This document shows, piece by piece, positions 49,515 to 63,147 of a DNA stretch of 64,000 nucleotides. Both the position numbers and the translations under genes were made by a program. The notes under the pieces were generated by a model. The model was not told where the DNA came from and did not search any database. It saw nothing but the letters and a program-made list of their open reading frames with translations. The stretch covers positions 75,454,001 to 75,518,000 of the forward strand of contig NC_043006.1 of NCBI RefSeq assembly GCF_006345805.1. The letters are read 5' to 3'. The stretch is from Octopus sinensis (Eukaryota). Numbering within the stretch: position 1 is the stretch's first letter; each line of letters starts with the position of its first letter.

Positions 49515-51224
49515 TTGTCTATCTCACGTCCTGCAGCCTTTAAAATGTTCACAGAACATTGAGAAGTAGTCACGATGTCGGCATGTTGATACCTGATGCG
49601 AATCATTATGATATAGGTAGCTCTTTTCCAATATTCAAATGGATTTCTACCCTCCATGTCACTTCACTTTTTCTCAACTACAATATCGAAGCAGTCCAAA
49701 ACTCTTGAAATATATAAATAAAATAAAAATAAATGAAAAAATTGACAAGAAACAATAATTAATAAATAAATGTTCAGGAAACAATAAACAAATATATAAA
49801 TAAATAAAAATAAAAATAAATGAAAAAGTTGACATAATTGTCAAACTTAGTCCCAGGACCCCTGTATATGAACTGGAATAAATGATAATGAAAGTAATTG
49901 TTGGCCATGTGAGAGAAAGATTAAAAGCGTTTTCATAAATTTTTAGCATATCCTGTGAATGTTGGAGTCATTCTTGACGCTCTGGTAGTCAGCAATTACC
50001 ACGTATCTGACCTCCATTGCACGCTAAAGGACCGAGTGTTTGAGATTTATTTTACTCTTGATGGTAAGAAAACAAGATTTTCAAATGTGCCCTGGAGAAC
50101 AGACACACATAACCCCCGCTCTGTGTGTGTGTGTGTGATCATGTGTGTTTGCGTGCGCGTGTGTGTGAAAGTGTGTTTGAACCTGAATATAATTTATTTT
50201 CATTTAAGCTTTGCTCATTTAGAGTTATCTCCCTTAAACTGTCAAATGGTAAGGGAGATCACTCTCACCAGATTAGTAAATAATCCTTTCTCTAAATTTA
50301 AAGGAAAGGGGACAGTCAATTATATTGAATCCGTCACTCAAGCGGTAACTATTTTGTCAACCCCATAAACACGAACTACTTTTACAAGCCCTAGTATTCA
50401 GTTTATTTTTAACTTTAGGAATAAAATAAAAAAAAAACAAAAACAAAGAATACGATACATTGTTTCAAAGAAAATAGCGGTAAGAGATTTAATAGCATAA
50501 CAAATCTGTGTTTAGGGATTGTTTCTCCTTCTACGACTCTTCCCGTGTTGCACTGGAGGAGTAAACACTTATAGCATAAACATATAAAATAGAATACAAT
50601 AAATAATACGGGATATTCAATGCAGTTTTCGATATTATTGCTCAATAAATTTATGATACATTATTCACAATAATTAGGTACTTAGCATTTTATGTAACTT
50701 ATGATCTGTGCTTCGCGATAGAATTTAAGATCGCTATTTTGCCATACAAACGATGAAAATATTTGCGTAAAATAATACGATCTAAAATATATACACTCAA
50801 CGATTAAAAAAAAAAATGCATTATCTGGTTATTGTGTTTGAACGAAAAAACGCACATGCGACATATAGTAGGCATTTGATGGGAAATTTGATCTACGATT
50901 GCTGATTTAGGTATAATTGTATATGTCGATAACAACTAACAGATAAATAATTTCACTCGCAACGTAGTTACAACATAGTAATACATACATATGCACATAT
51001 GCATACATACATACGTCCACACACATACACACACACGCAGGCACGCACATGGGAATGCGCGCGCACGCACACACACACATGGGCATGCGCACATACATTT
51101 ATCGAGAGAAGATGTTATAAAGGGAAGTAACATTATAATACATCATAGTTATGACCCTTGAAAGTTCAATCGTGCAACAGAACAAGCCAATATATATTTC
51201 TTTTATATATATATATTTTTTTAC

Positions 51225-51437
51225 TACCAACAAGGGGCTAAACATAGAGGGGACAAACAAGGACAAAGGGATTAAGTCGATTACATCGACCCAGTGCGAA
51301 ACTGGTACTTTACTTATCGACCCTGAGAGGCTGAAAGGCAAAGTCGACCTCGGCGGAATTTGAACTCAGAACGTAACGACAGACGAAATACCGCTAAGCA
51401 TTTCGTTGGGCGCGCTAACGTTTCTGCCAGCTCGCCG
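51225..51437 (-). mobile_element. SINE family B
   Basis: Family B head and tail on the minus strand. Confidence 0.85.
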
Positions 51438-51881
51438 TCCCGAACAAGCCAATATAATTAAGGAAATCGTCAGTTTGATATGATTATACAGTGCTTATAC
51501 ACGTTGTTCCAAATCTCGAGAAATTCTTCAAACGTATCTCAGAACAGTTGTTTGGAGTAAGATGTTGTACGCGGAGAAAAAAACATGACACTGTGAGTGC
51601 CATAATTGAAAAAAAAATGACTTTTAACTTTGCCAGGAGGTGAGATATTTAATGGTAACGTTGTGGATATTTAGCAGAACCAGCATCCATGGCACGACTG
51701 AAACGCATTCTGTTGGGGCCAGAAGAAAAAAGGTTTGCTATGACCATAGCAGGATTTGAACTGAGAATCTAAGAGGGACGTAAACAAAGCTCTACTAAAT
51801 TATAAAGATAAAAAACAACCAAATGTCATTACTGAAAAGAGAATCATCGTTTCAGCCTGGTAAGAATGTTGTTATTGTGAA

Positions 51882-52269
51882 GGAAGGAAGCACTCCGTCG
51901 GTTACGACGACAAGGGTTCCGGTTGATCCGAATCAACGGAACAGCCTGCTCGTGAAATTAACGTGTAAGTGGCTGAGCACTCCACAGACACGTGCACCTC
52001 TAACGTAGTTCTCGGGATATTCAACGTGACACAGAGAGTGACAAGGCCGGCCCTTTGAAATACAGGTACAACAGAAACAGGAAGTAAGAGTGAGAGAAAG
52101 TTGTGGTGAAAGAGTACAGTAGGGATCACCACCATCCTCTGCCGGAGCCTCGTGGAGCTTTAGGTGTTTTCGCTCAATAAACACTCACAACACCCGGTCT
52201 GGGAATCGAAACCGCGATCCTATGACCGCGAGTCCGCTGCCCTAACCACTGGGCCATTGCGTCTCCACA
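51882..52269 (-). mobile_element. SINE family D, full length, 11-bp TSD
   Basis: tRNA-like head tgtggagacgcaatggcccagtggttagggcagcgg; (TTCC)n tail; gttattgtgaa at 51871-51881 and 52270-52280. Confidence 0.9.
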
Positions 52270-54395
52270 GTTATTGTGAATATGGTTATGATGAATAGAG
52301 AGGAAAAAGAAGAAAGAAAGACATACACTGTATTCAAGCACCAACTGAGGTAATAATAGTTATATAAGATAATAACGAAGGATAGTATGTGTTACGGTGC
52401 TTTTGCTGTTGTTGTTTAATCAATGGTTAGCTCTGATAGAAAAGACCTATTTTCAAAGCATTCCAATGATGACCATCTCGTCTGCCTTTATATCAATAGC
52501 TACATTCCAATGCGTCCTTCTTATCTAAGAGCCCATGACCGATCTAGTTGTTACTCTCTGGGAATCGAAACCGCAGTAGGTTCCATCTGAAGAAGCCTCA
52601 CCTTACTAATGTGGGCTGACAGTTCTTCAATTCAGTTATTCACTCCTAACTGCAATAAAACTATAAACCCACTTCTACTAACACACTAGTGGATAAATTC
52701 TTAAATCAAGACTATCCATGAATAATTCTTCCGTTTTCGGATTCCACCTAATGATTTTTATTCCATAGATTTCACGACAGCAAAGTTGCTAAAAAGGATG
52801 GGGATTATGCTTACCTTATAGAACTTCGTTTTGTTTGTGTCCATTCCGAGTTCAAATTCAGCTAAAGTTGAACTTATCCGTCAGTCTTCTGGGATGGATA
52901 AATTAAATGCCAATCAAAAACTGAATGCATTGAATATATAGTAACCCTCTTCCGCATGCTTTACTTTGTTTTCTGTTCCGCTCTCTTCTGTATATTACTA
53001 TATATATTTGTTTTGTAATATGTTGCTTATAACATGTCCACCGCCTCTTCATTTCTGGAGAAAAGCATGCCGTGAGGAGTGTGTCTCTCAAGCCTTTATT
53101 ACGACGCAACGTAAAAGAGATAGATAGACAGACAGATAGGGAGAGAAGGGAGAGAAGAAGTAGAGGGGAGAGGAAGGATGAGATAGTATGAGAGAAGGGA
53201 GAAAGAGAGAAAAGGTGAGAGCAACTGAAAAGAAGAATTAACTTTTGTTGATTTGCTAACTTTTGAATAATAAGAAAAGAAGTTGATCGTGACAGGTTTT
53301 AAAGTCAATGAGCAAAGCTTCACTTCTAACTACAAAGAAAATTACTCCGGCTGTTTTTGCTATTGATATGAATTCTTAATGGTAAGATAACAAAGCGGTG
53401 TTATACAGGCAGCAATGGTTGAGTACAGAAGGAAGTATTCCCTATTTTTAGTTCTAAACCTACATGTTCTCTGTTAAAATCTATTCTAGTTTGCCATTAA
53501 CTTTTATCCAGGGTTGAATTAAGATCCATAGAAGCCCTAAGCACATAAAAGATTTTGGTTCCCCCATATATATATGTAATTTAAAATGTAAACCACACTA
53601 AACCATAAAATAGATTTTTAAAAAAATGGAAAACTAACGTTGAGATAGAAAATAATGTTTATTTTTGTGTACTTGAATTTTATTTATATTTGAAAAGTTC
53701 TCTCCTACATCTTTTTTAATTGCAAAGTCTTTGATGAAATCCTCAAAATTAATCTTACATAATACATATACTTCCATACTTAGTAGAAATAAAGCATCTT
53801 GAATATTATCTTAGCGAGTTTAAATTGATTTCTTTTGTACCGTAAACCATTTATGATTTGATGCCATACGCACGTACATATTTTGCGTAATGGTTAATCC
53901 AGTGTCACCTACAAACATATGGTGGAATACGACATTAAATGAACGATGTCAGTTATTTTTGGGGAGGTTAAAGGCAATTACATCAAACCAGTTATTGACT
54001 AGAATTTTATTTTATCGATTCCAGAAGAATAAAATGCGAGTCTGATGCTCCAACAATTCAACAAGTCTACGGTTTTAAAAACTCTTGAGAAAAGAATAGT
54101 AATACACAAGCACGCATGTACTACCCCTTCCCACACAAATCAAAAATAAATAAGGGAAATAGCTCAGAGGGGCCAATATCATGCATTTGAATAACAAAGA
54201 CAAATGCGGCATTATTGCGAACTCCTTCGGTCATGAATAACCATGGGATTGCACCTAGAAAGTTACAAAATTACCTTCCGAGGCAAGGTTGTTTTATGAA
54301 AGATCAGCAGTCGCCCACGTATACAACGCCACCGATGTTATCCAAGGGAAAGGCAAACGACGATACAGCTTGGCACCAGTGACATCGCAGCTCAT

Positions 54396-54710
54396 TTATT
54401 AACGTGCAAGTGGCTGAGCACTCCACAGACACGTGTACTCTTAACGTAGTTCTCGGGGAGATTCAGCGTGACACAGAGTGTGACAAGGCTGGCCTTTTGA
54501 AATACAGGTACAACAGAAACAGGGAGAAAGAGTGAGAGAAAGTTGTGGTGAAAGAGTACAGCAGGGTTCACCATCACCCCCTGCTGGAGCCTCGTGGAGC
54601 TTTAGGTGTTTTCGTTCAATAAACACTCACAATGCCCGGTCTGGGAATCGAAACCGCAATCCTACGACCGCGAGTCCACTGCCCTAACAACTGGGCCATT
54701 GCGCCTCCAC
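54396..54710 (-). mobile_element. SINE family D, 3'-truncated, abutting a SINE C fragment
   Basis: Matches 51882-52269. Confidence 0.82.
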
Positions 54711-54735
54711 AACGTTATTAGATACCATATATTAA

Positions 54736-55130
54736 GGCGGCGAGCTGGCAGAAACATTAGCACGTCGGGCAAAGTGCTTAGCGGTATTTCGTCTGCCGTT
54801 ACGTTCTGAGTTCAAATTCCGCCGAGGTCGACTTTGCCTTTTATCCTTTCGGAATCGATAAATTAAGTACCAGTTACGCACTGGGGTCGATGTAATCGAC
54901 TTAATCCGTTTGTCTGTCTTTGTTTGTCCTCTCTGTATTTAGCCTCTTGTGGGTAGTAAAGAAATAGGTATTCCGTCTGCCGTTACCATCTGAGTTCAAA
55001 TTCCGCCGAGGTCGATTTTGCCTTTCATCCTTTCGGAGTCGATAAATTAAGTACCAGTTGAATACTGCAGTCGATGCAATCGCTTAACCCCCTCCCCAAA
55101 TTTCAGGCCTCGTGCCTATTATAGAAATGA
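54736..55130 (+). mobile_element. SINE family B tandem dimer
   Basis: Tail aaagaaatag runs directly into internal gtattccgtctgcc. Confidence 0.8.
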
Positions 55131-55647
55131 TTATTATATACCATATAAAATAAGTTCTTGTTTATTGAAATTATGTCTGCTTTGAGAGAAATTAAAACAA
55201 TTGATTGGCGGTATGTTGGACAATATCCAAATAAGAAAGGGAGAGCGATATTCTTAAGAATTCTTTAAAATCAATACACCATTGAGGATAAACAATCTGA
55301 TTGTATGGGGAAAAAACAATTGTGGATACATGGTTCTGCCTTAGCACAGTAATTGCGTTACCTTGTTTCCAGCAGAATGAGATACTTAGATATAAATATA
55401 TAAAAGGATAAAATGCAATGATAGCTCGCGTGCTTTGCATGGAGGAAACGAAAATGTACCATAAGAGCATCACTTAGAGCGGCCCAGTGCTATATATTTG
55501 GACAACAATGACGAATAGAGATATATTAAATATCTTAAAAGAGATAAAAGAATAATTAATTTACTGAAACCATGTCAGCTTCCAGAGAAGCAAACAAAAA
55601 AAGTTGCTTGACGATAATTGAAGCCATCGCCAAATAAGAAAAGGAAA

Positions 55648-55661
55648 TAGTCTCAGGACTC

Positions 55662-55717
<56 letters not shown>

Positions 55718-55745
55718 CTATATATATATATACATATATATATAC

Positions 55746-55815
<70 letters not shown>

Positions 55816-55879
55816 ATACATATATATATATATATATACTATATATATATATATATTATAATATATATATATATATATA

Positions 55880-55942
<63 letters not shown>

Positions 55943-56232
55943 ATAATATATATATATACATATATATATTATATATATTATATATATATATACAATATAT
56001 ATATATATATATACTATATATATATATACAATATATATATATATATACATAATATATATATATATACATATATAATATATATATAATATTATATATATAT
56101 ATTATACATATATATATATATTATATACATTATATATATATATATATATATATTAATATATATATATATATATATATATATCATATATATATTATATACA
56201 TTATATATATATATACATATATATATACATAT

Positions 56233-56284
<52 letters not shown>

Positions 56285-56350
56285 ATATATATATATTATA
56301 TATATATCATATATATATACATATATATATACATATACATATATATATAC

Positions 56351-56436
<86 letters not shown>

Positions 56437-56476
56437 CATATATATATACATATATATATACATATATATATAATAT

Positions 56477-56531
<55 letters not shown>

Positions 56532-56548
56532 ATATATATATAATATAT
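55648..56548. repeat. About 0.9 kb interrupted (AT)n microsatellite
   Basis: Directly visible. Confidence 0.97.
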
Positions 56549-56753
56549 TAGGCGGCGTGTTTGGCAGAAACGTTTGCACGCCGGGCGAAATGCTTAGCGG
56601 TATTTCGTCTGCCGCTACGTTCTGAGTTCAAATACCGCCGCGGTCGACTTTGCCTCTCATCCTTTCGGGGTCGATTAAATAAGTATCAGTTACGCATTGG
56701 GGTCGATATAATCGACTTAAACCGTCTGTCTGTCCTTGTATATATATATATAT

Positions 56754-56871
<118 letters not shown>

Positions 56872-56873
56872 CT

Positions 56874-57266
56874 GGCGCAGGAGTGGCTGTGTGGTAAGTA
56901 GCTTGTTTACCAACCACATGGTTCCGGGTTCAGTCCCACTGCGTGGCACCTTGGGCAAGTGTCTTCTACTATAGCCTCGGGCCGACCAAAGCCTTGTGAG
57001 TGGATTTGGTAGACGGAAACTATATATATATATATATATGCGTGTGTGTGTGTTTGTGTGTCTGTGTTTGTTCCCCTAGCATTGCTTGACAACCGATGCT
57101 GGTGTGTTTATGTCCCCGTTACTTAGCGGTTCGGCAAAAGAGACCGATAGAATAAGTACTGGGCTTACAAAAGAATAAGTCGCAGGGTCGAGTTGCTCGA
57201 TTAAAGGCAGTGCTCCAGCATGGCCGCAGTCAAATGACTGAAACAAGTAAAAGAGTAAAAGAGAGT
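56874..57266 (+). mobile_element. SINE family A
   Basis: Near-consensus copy. Confidence 0.88.
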
Positions 57267-57279
57267 ATATATATATATA

Positions 57280-57757
57280 TTTGGGGAGGGGGCCAGTCGA
57301 TTAGATCGAACCCAGTACGCAACTAGTACTTACTTTATCGACCCCGAAAAGTCGATCCACAAGGGGCTTACACACAGAGGGAACAAACAAGGACTAACAA
57401 ACGGATTAAGTCGATTATATCGACCCAAGTGCGCAAATGGTACTTATTTAATTGACCTCGAGATGATGAAAGGCAAAGTCGCCCTCAGCGGAATTTGAAC
57501 TCAGAGCGTAAAGACAGACGAAATACTTATTTCTTTACTACCCACAAGGGGCTAAACACAGAGGAGACAAATAAGGACAGACAGACATATTAAGTCGATT
57601 ATATCGACCCCGGTGCGTAACTGGTACTTATTTAATCGACCCCGAAAGGATGAATGGCAAAGTCGACCTCGGTGGAATTTGAACTCAGAACGTAGCGGCA
57701 GACGAAATACGGCTACGCATTTCGCCCGGCGTGCTAACGATTCTGCCAGCTCGCTGC
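57280..57757 (-). mobile_element. SINE family B multimer
   Basis: Head plus two or three bodies joined at aaagaaataa|gtatttc. Confidence 0.78.
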
Positions 57758-58040
57758 CTTACATACGTGTTCTCATCCACTTAGTCACATATGCACGCGT
57801 ATTAGTACATGTGAACATGGTAAACACTACACTGTTAAATTGACAGTGATTTATCAATCGAAGCAGCTGTCGAAAATGAGTCATAAATTCCAATCAGCGT
57901 CTCCGATTTATTTAAGTCTATATTAATAGTGAGTTTAGAAGGCGTGTCTCCATTAACAATTAAAGGAGAAGTCGATAACTGATGAAATCTCAACGCATGA
58001 CGGAAACTAATCCAGGTCATTCTTCTCTTTCTGTCTGCGA

Positions 58041-58795
58041 AAATATTGCATGTTCGCGCAAAGTGTTTATAGCTCTCTATTACATTGTGTATGCTAACAT
58101 CTATAGAATCTTAATTTCGCGTGTATAAATCGACGGAAATGTTTCATATTTCAGGACCGTATTCGTAATCAAGTTAGTTGCTATTTACCTTAGAGCGTTA
58201 ATTAGAATAGCTAAGCCTTTGCTACAAATCTAGATGGAAGAACTCCGTCGGTTACGACGACGAGGGTTCCGGCTGATCCGATCAACGGAACAGCCTGCTC
58301 GTGAAATTAACGTGTAAGTGGTTGAGCACTCCACAGACACGTGTACCCTTAACGTAGTTCTCGGGGATATTCAGCGTGGCACAGAGAGTGACAAGGCCGG
58401 CCCTTTGAAATACAGATACAACAGAAACAGGAAGAAAGAGTGAGAGAAAGTTGTGGTGAAAGAGTACAGCAGGGATCGCCACCATCCCCTGCCGGAGCCT
58501 CGTGGAGCTTTAGGTGTTTTCGTTCAATAAACACTCACAATGCCCGGTCTGGGAATCGAAACCTGGGAATCGACCGCGAGCCCGCTGCCCTAACCACTAG
58601 GCCATTGCGCCTCCACACAAATCTAGATAAAACATATCTCTCTATGAATGCATCGGTCATCAAGTTTTCTTTTATATTTGTTACCTATTATAGATTTATT
58701 TTTCACAATTAGGTTTTTCATCACAAGAACTAGTTTGTATTGCCTTGCTTATTACCTATTATAAATGTTTGCATGGCATTGTCTTGTCTAAGTGC
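58041..58795 (+). repeat. About 350-bp segment duplicated at 60870-61216; this copy is interrupted by SINE D
   Basis: ttgcatgtt..gcaaagtgtttatagctctctatta...aaatctagat...tcttgtctaag shared with 60870-61216. Confidence 0.85.
58236..58616 (-). mobile_element. SINE family D with 12-bp TSD
   Basis: acaaatctagat at 58224-58235 and 58617-58628; single copy at the empty site near 61040-61050. Confidence 0.92.
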
Positions 58796-58889
58796 TTTAT
58801 GTTTCTAATTATTCTCCTGCATATGGTCTGTTGCTTTCATACAGGTCTGGTACTCCTATACGCCTATCCTCATTTATGACAGATGTCTT

Positions 58890-59089
58890 ACTCTCTTACT
58901 TGTTCCAGTAACTTGACTGTGGTCATGCTGGAGCACCGCATTTAGTCGAGCAAATCGACCCCAGGACTTATTCTTTGTAAGCCTAGTACTTATTCTATCG
59001 GTCTCTTTTGCCGAACATCTAAATTACGAGGACGTAAACACACCAGCATCGGTTGTCAAGCGATGTTGGGGGGAAAAACACAGACACAC

Positions 59090-59146
<57 letters not shown>

Positions 59147-59418
59147 TATATATATATATATATATATATATAATGTTAGCCATTTTTCTTGGTGGGCTAA
59201 CGATTCCGCCAGCTCCCTACTCTTTTACTCTTTTACGTGTTTCAGTCATTTGACTGTGTCCATGCTGGAGCACCACCTTTAGTCGAGCAAATCGACCCCA
59301 GGACTTATTCTTTGTAAGCCTAGTACTTATTCTATCGGTCTCTTTTGCCGAACCGCTAAGTTACGGGGACGTAAACACACCAGCATCGGTTGTCAGGCGA
59401 TGTTGGGGGGAAAACACA

Positions 59419-59458
<40 letters not shown>

Positions 59459-60165
59459 TATATATATATATATATATAATGTTAGCCATTTTTCTTGGTG
59501 GGCTAACGATTCCGCAGCTCCCTACTCTTTTACTCTTTTACGTGTTTCAGTCATTTGACTGTGTCCATGCTGGAGCACCACCTTTAGTCGAGCAATCGAC
59601 CCCAGGACTTATTCTTTGTAAGCCTAGTACTTATTCTATCGGTCTCTTTTGCCGAACCGCTAAGTTACGGGGAGTTACAGGGACGTAAACACACCAGCAT
59701 CGGTTGTCAGGCGATGTTGGGGGGAAAACACAGACACACACACACACAACACACACACACACACACACATGTATATATATATATATTATATATATATAAT
59801 GTTAGCCATTTTTCTTGGTGTGCTAACGATTCCGCCAGCTCCCTACACTTTTACTCTATTACTTGTTTGAGTCATTTGACTGTGTCCATGCTGGAGCACC
59901 GCCTTTAGTCGAACAAATCGACCCCAGGACTTATTCTTTGTAAGCCTAGTACTTATTCTATCGGTCTCTTTTGCCGAACCGCTAAGTTACGGGGACGTAA
60001 ACACACCAGCATCGGTTGTCAAGCGATGTTGGGGGGACAAATACAGACACACAAACTCACACACACACACACATATATACATAAACACATATACGACGGG
60101 CTTCTTTTCAGTTTCCGTCTACCGAATCCACTCACAAGGCTTTGGTCGGCTCGAAGCTATAGAGA
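58890..60165 (-). repeat. Tandem array of four SINE A 3' halves with a repeated spacer of about 45 bp
   Basis: tgttagccatttttcttggtg(g/t)gctaacgattccg near 59172, 59480, 59800; period about 310 bp. Confidence 0.88.
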
Positions 60166-61852
60166 AAACCTCCAACCCAAATATCATCGGAAAATGTTTC
60201 CAATATAATTTGTGCAATATTATAGTTAAAGTAGTATATTTTGTGAATTTAAGAACGGCAAAGATCACTAATATTAACCTATATGCTTGAAGTATCAGAA
60301 ACGATTAATTTAAACAGCTAATCTTAAATTCTCTTTAGATGCTATTTCAAATAATTTTGTTATAACAGACCACCTGCTAACAGCAGAGTTACAACTAATT
60401 AAGCTGATTGATTATCAGCCTACAAGAAAGAGTGCCAACGGCTAGTATATTGCTAGCAAAGGCGCATACATCTAGTGGACAATATTCACTTATCGGAATT
60501 AGATGCAGGCTTTATGTGGAAGAACTGAAGGCACTGTATGCGGTATACACAAACTGATGAATAGCATTGAGGAAATACATAATTTTAATAGCAATCTGTA
60601 AACTATGCTTGCAGCTGATACGTTGTTGAAAGCCTGCTAAACTTCACTACTCGTTTTATAGACGTGTTGAAAAACACAGAAATATATAAATAGCAGGCGA
60701 AAATCACCGAGCAGCGGAGGCAGTGTTGCTTAATACGTATTTCTGCATCTTTGAGCTTTGTCAGTAGCAAATATCCACTGGTACGACAGGTTAAGTAAAA
60801 TCCGGGCGCTAAGTGATATAGTTAAACAGTGATTGAAACGCAGCTGATGTCGCATTTAGCTAGGGGGCTAAAATGTTGCATGTTAGTGCAAAGTGTTTAT
60901 AGCTCTCTATTAAATTGTGTAGGCTACCATCTATAGAATCTTAATTTTGCGTGTATAAATCGACGGAAATGTTTCATATTTCAGGACCATATTCGTAATC
61001 AAGTTAGTAGCTATTTACCTCAGAGCTAAGCATTTGCTACAAATCTAGATAAAAACATATCTCTCTATGAATGCATCGGTCATCAAGTTTTCTTTTATTT
61101 TTGTTACCTATTATAGATTTATTTTTCACAATTAGGTTTTTCATCACAATATCTAGTTTGTATTCCCTAGCTTATTCCCTATTATAAATGTTTGCATTGC
61201 ATTATCTTGTCTAAGTTTACTGATAGTTTACTGTCAACTCTATTAATTGTTTGAGTGAAATGAGATGATTGAATAAAAAAAATAATAAAATAAAACTGGT
61301 GTGTTGCCTGGAAATGGTGTGTTCTAATCCTGCCAGTTTACTTGGCTACAATACATAAAACTAGCAACTTCAAATATTTCCTCAATGATTTAATAGGACA
61401 CACACTGATATTGAAAAGAACATATAATTCAGACTATAAGTACATATTTCATGTTATTTCATCAGTTGATATTTCTTATAATTCGGCATCACCCACATGC
61501 AAAAATGGATGACAAGAATAAAACATATGATATATATATATATATATAGGCACAGGTGTGGCTATGTGGTAAGGAGCTTGCTTCCCAATAATATGGTCCC
61601 GGGTTCAGTTCCAGTGCGTGGCATCTTGGGTAAGTGTCTTCTATTATAGTCTCGGACTGACAAAAACCTTGTGAGAGGATTTGGTAGAAAACTGAAAGAA
61701 TCACGTCATTTGTATATATATATATATATATAATATATATATATATATATAATATAACGGGAAGCTTTATGAAAATAAACAAAAGACGAAGGCAGTGGAA
61801 AACAAACGAACAATGTATTAGTATGGCGCTCAGGAAATATAAATAAAACAAG

Positions 61853-61890
61853 TCTTTAACGTTTCGAGCCTACGCTCTTCAACAGAAAGA
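61853..61890 (-). ncRNA. Variant minimal type I hammerhead (CUGUUGA core) in a Penelope-like fragment
   Basis: UCUUU-CUGUUGA-A-GAGC-GUAG-GCUC-GAAAC-GUU^-AAAGA; perfect stems I and II, palindromic ACGU stem III. Confidence 0.55.
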
Positions 61891-61965
61891 TACACAGAGA
61901 GAGAAAAACACAGAAAGAAGGAGAGAAAAAAAATGCGTGCAGTAGCTAACGAATCAACATGGCGA

Positions 61966-62051
<86 letters not shown>

Positions 62052-62063
62052 CATATTATATAT

Positions 62064-62116
<53 letters not shown>

Positions 62117-62449
62117 TATATATATATATGTATATATATATACATATATATACATATATATATATACACACACACACTTACACACATACGCAAATATATT
62201 ATATAAGTATGTATGTATATATGCGTGTGTCTGTGTCTGTGTTGGTTCCCCTGCTTGACAACCAATGCTGGTGTGTTTGTGTCCCCGTAACGTAGCGGCT
62301 TAGGAATACAGACCGATAAAATAAATACTAGGTTTGCTAAGAATAAGCCCTGGGGTTGATCCCTTCCACTAAAACCATTTAAGGTGGCACTCCAATCATA
62401 CGGTTGAAACAATTAAAATAATAAAAGAATACACACACACACACACATA

Positions 62450-62815
62450 TCTCTCTCTTTACTTGTTTCAGTCATTTGACTGTGGCCATGCGGGAGCACC
62501 GACTTTAGTCGAGCAAATCGATCCCAGGACTTATTCTTTGGAAGCCTAGTACTTATTCTATCGGTTGTCAAGCGATATTGGGGGGATTAACACAGACACA
62601 CAAACGTATACATATACACATATAAATACACATACATATAAATACATATATACGACGGGATTCTTTCAGTTTCCGTCTACCAAATCCACTCACAAAGCTT
62701 TGGTCGGCTCGAGGCTATAGTAGAAGACACTTGCCCAAGGTGCCACGCAGTGGGAAGGAACCCAGAACCATGGTGTTGGTAAGCAAGCTACTTACCACAC
62801 AGCCACTCCTGCACC
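62450..62815 (-). mobile_element. SINE family A (internally deleted)
   Basis: Family A tail, body and head. Confidence 0.8.
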
Positions 62816-62956
62816 TGAAAACCTTTTAATAAAAGAAGTTTTGGATGTTTATAAATCTCCATTCTGCTCTTGGTTTTCAATTTTATATATATATTCATTT
62901 AAGTAGCACGTGTATACATATATATACAATGCATACATATACACACACATATATAT

Positions 62957-62996
<40 letters not shown>

Positions 62997-63147
62997 CTAT
63001 ATAAGTTCAGCAAAAATTTAGATTCAATTGAATATGGTACTTAATTTAGATGCACCAGAATTTTGTATGGTGTTATCCATAAAAATCCGTGGGATGATTA
63101 TAATCAAAATAAGCAACAAGAATGACTCCAGTAATTGTATATATATA

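Noticed and set aside
52580-52635. CUGAAGA-AGCC...GGCU-GACA hammerhead-like motif (also CUGAUGA at 11776, 48621, 57979)
   Set aside because: GAAA is mutated or missing and stem I cannot form; at most decayed relics
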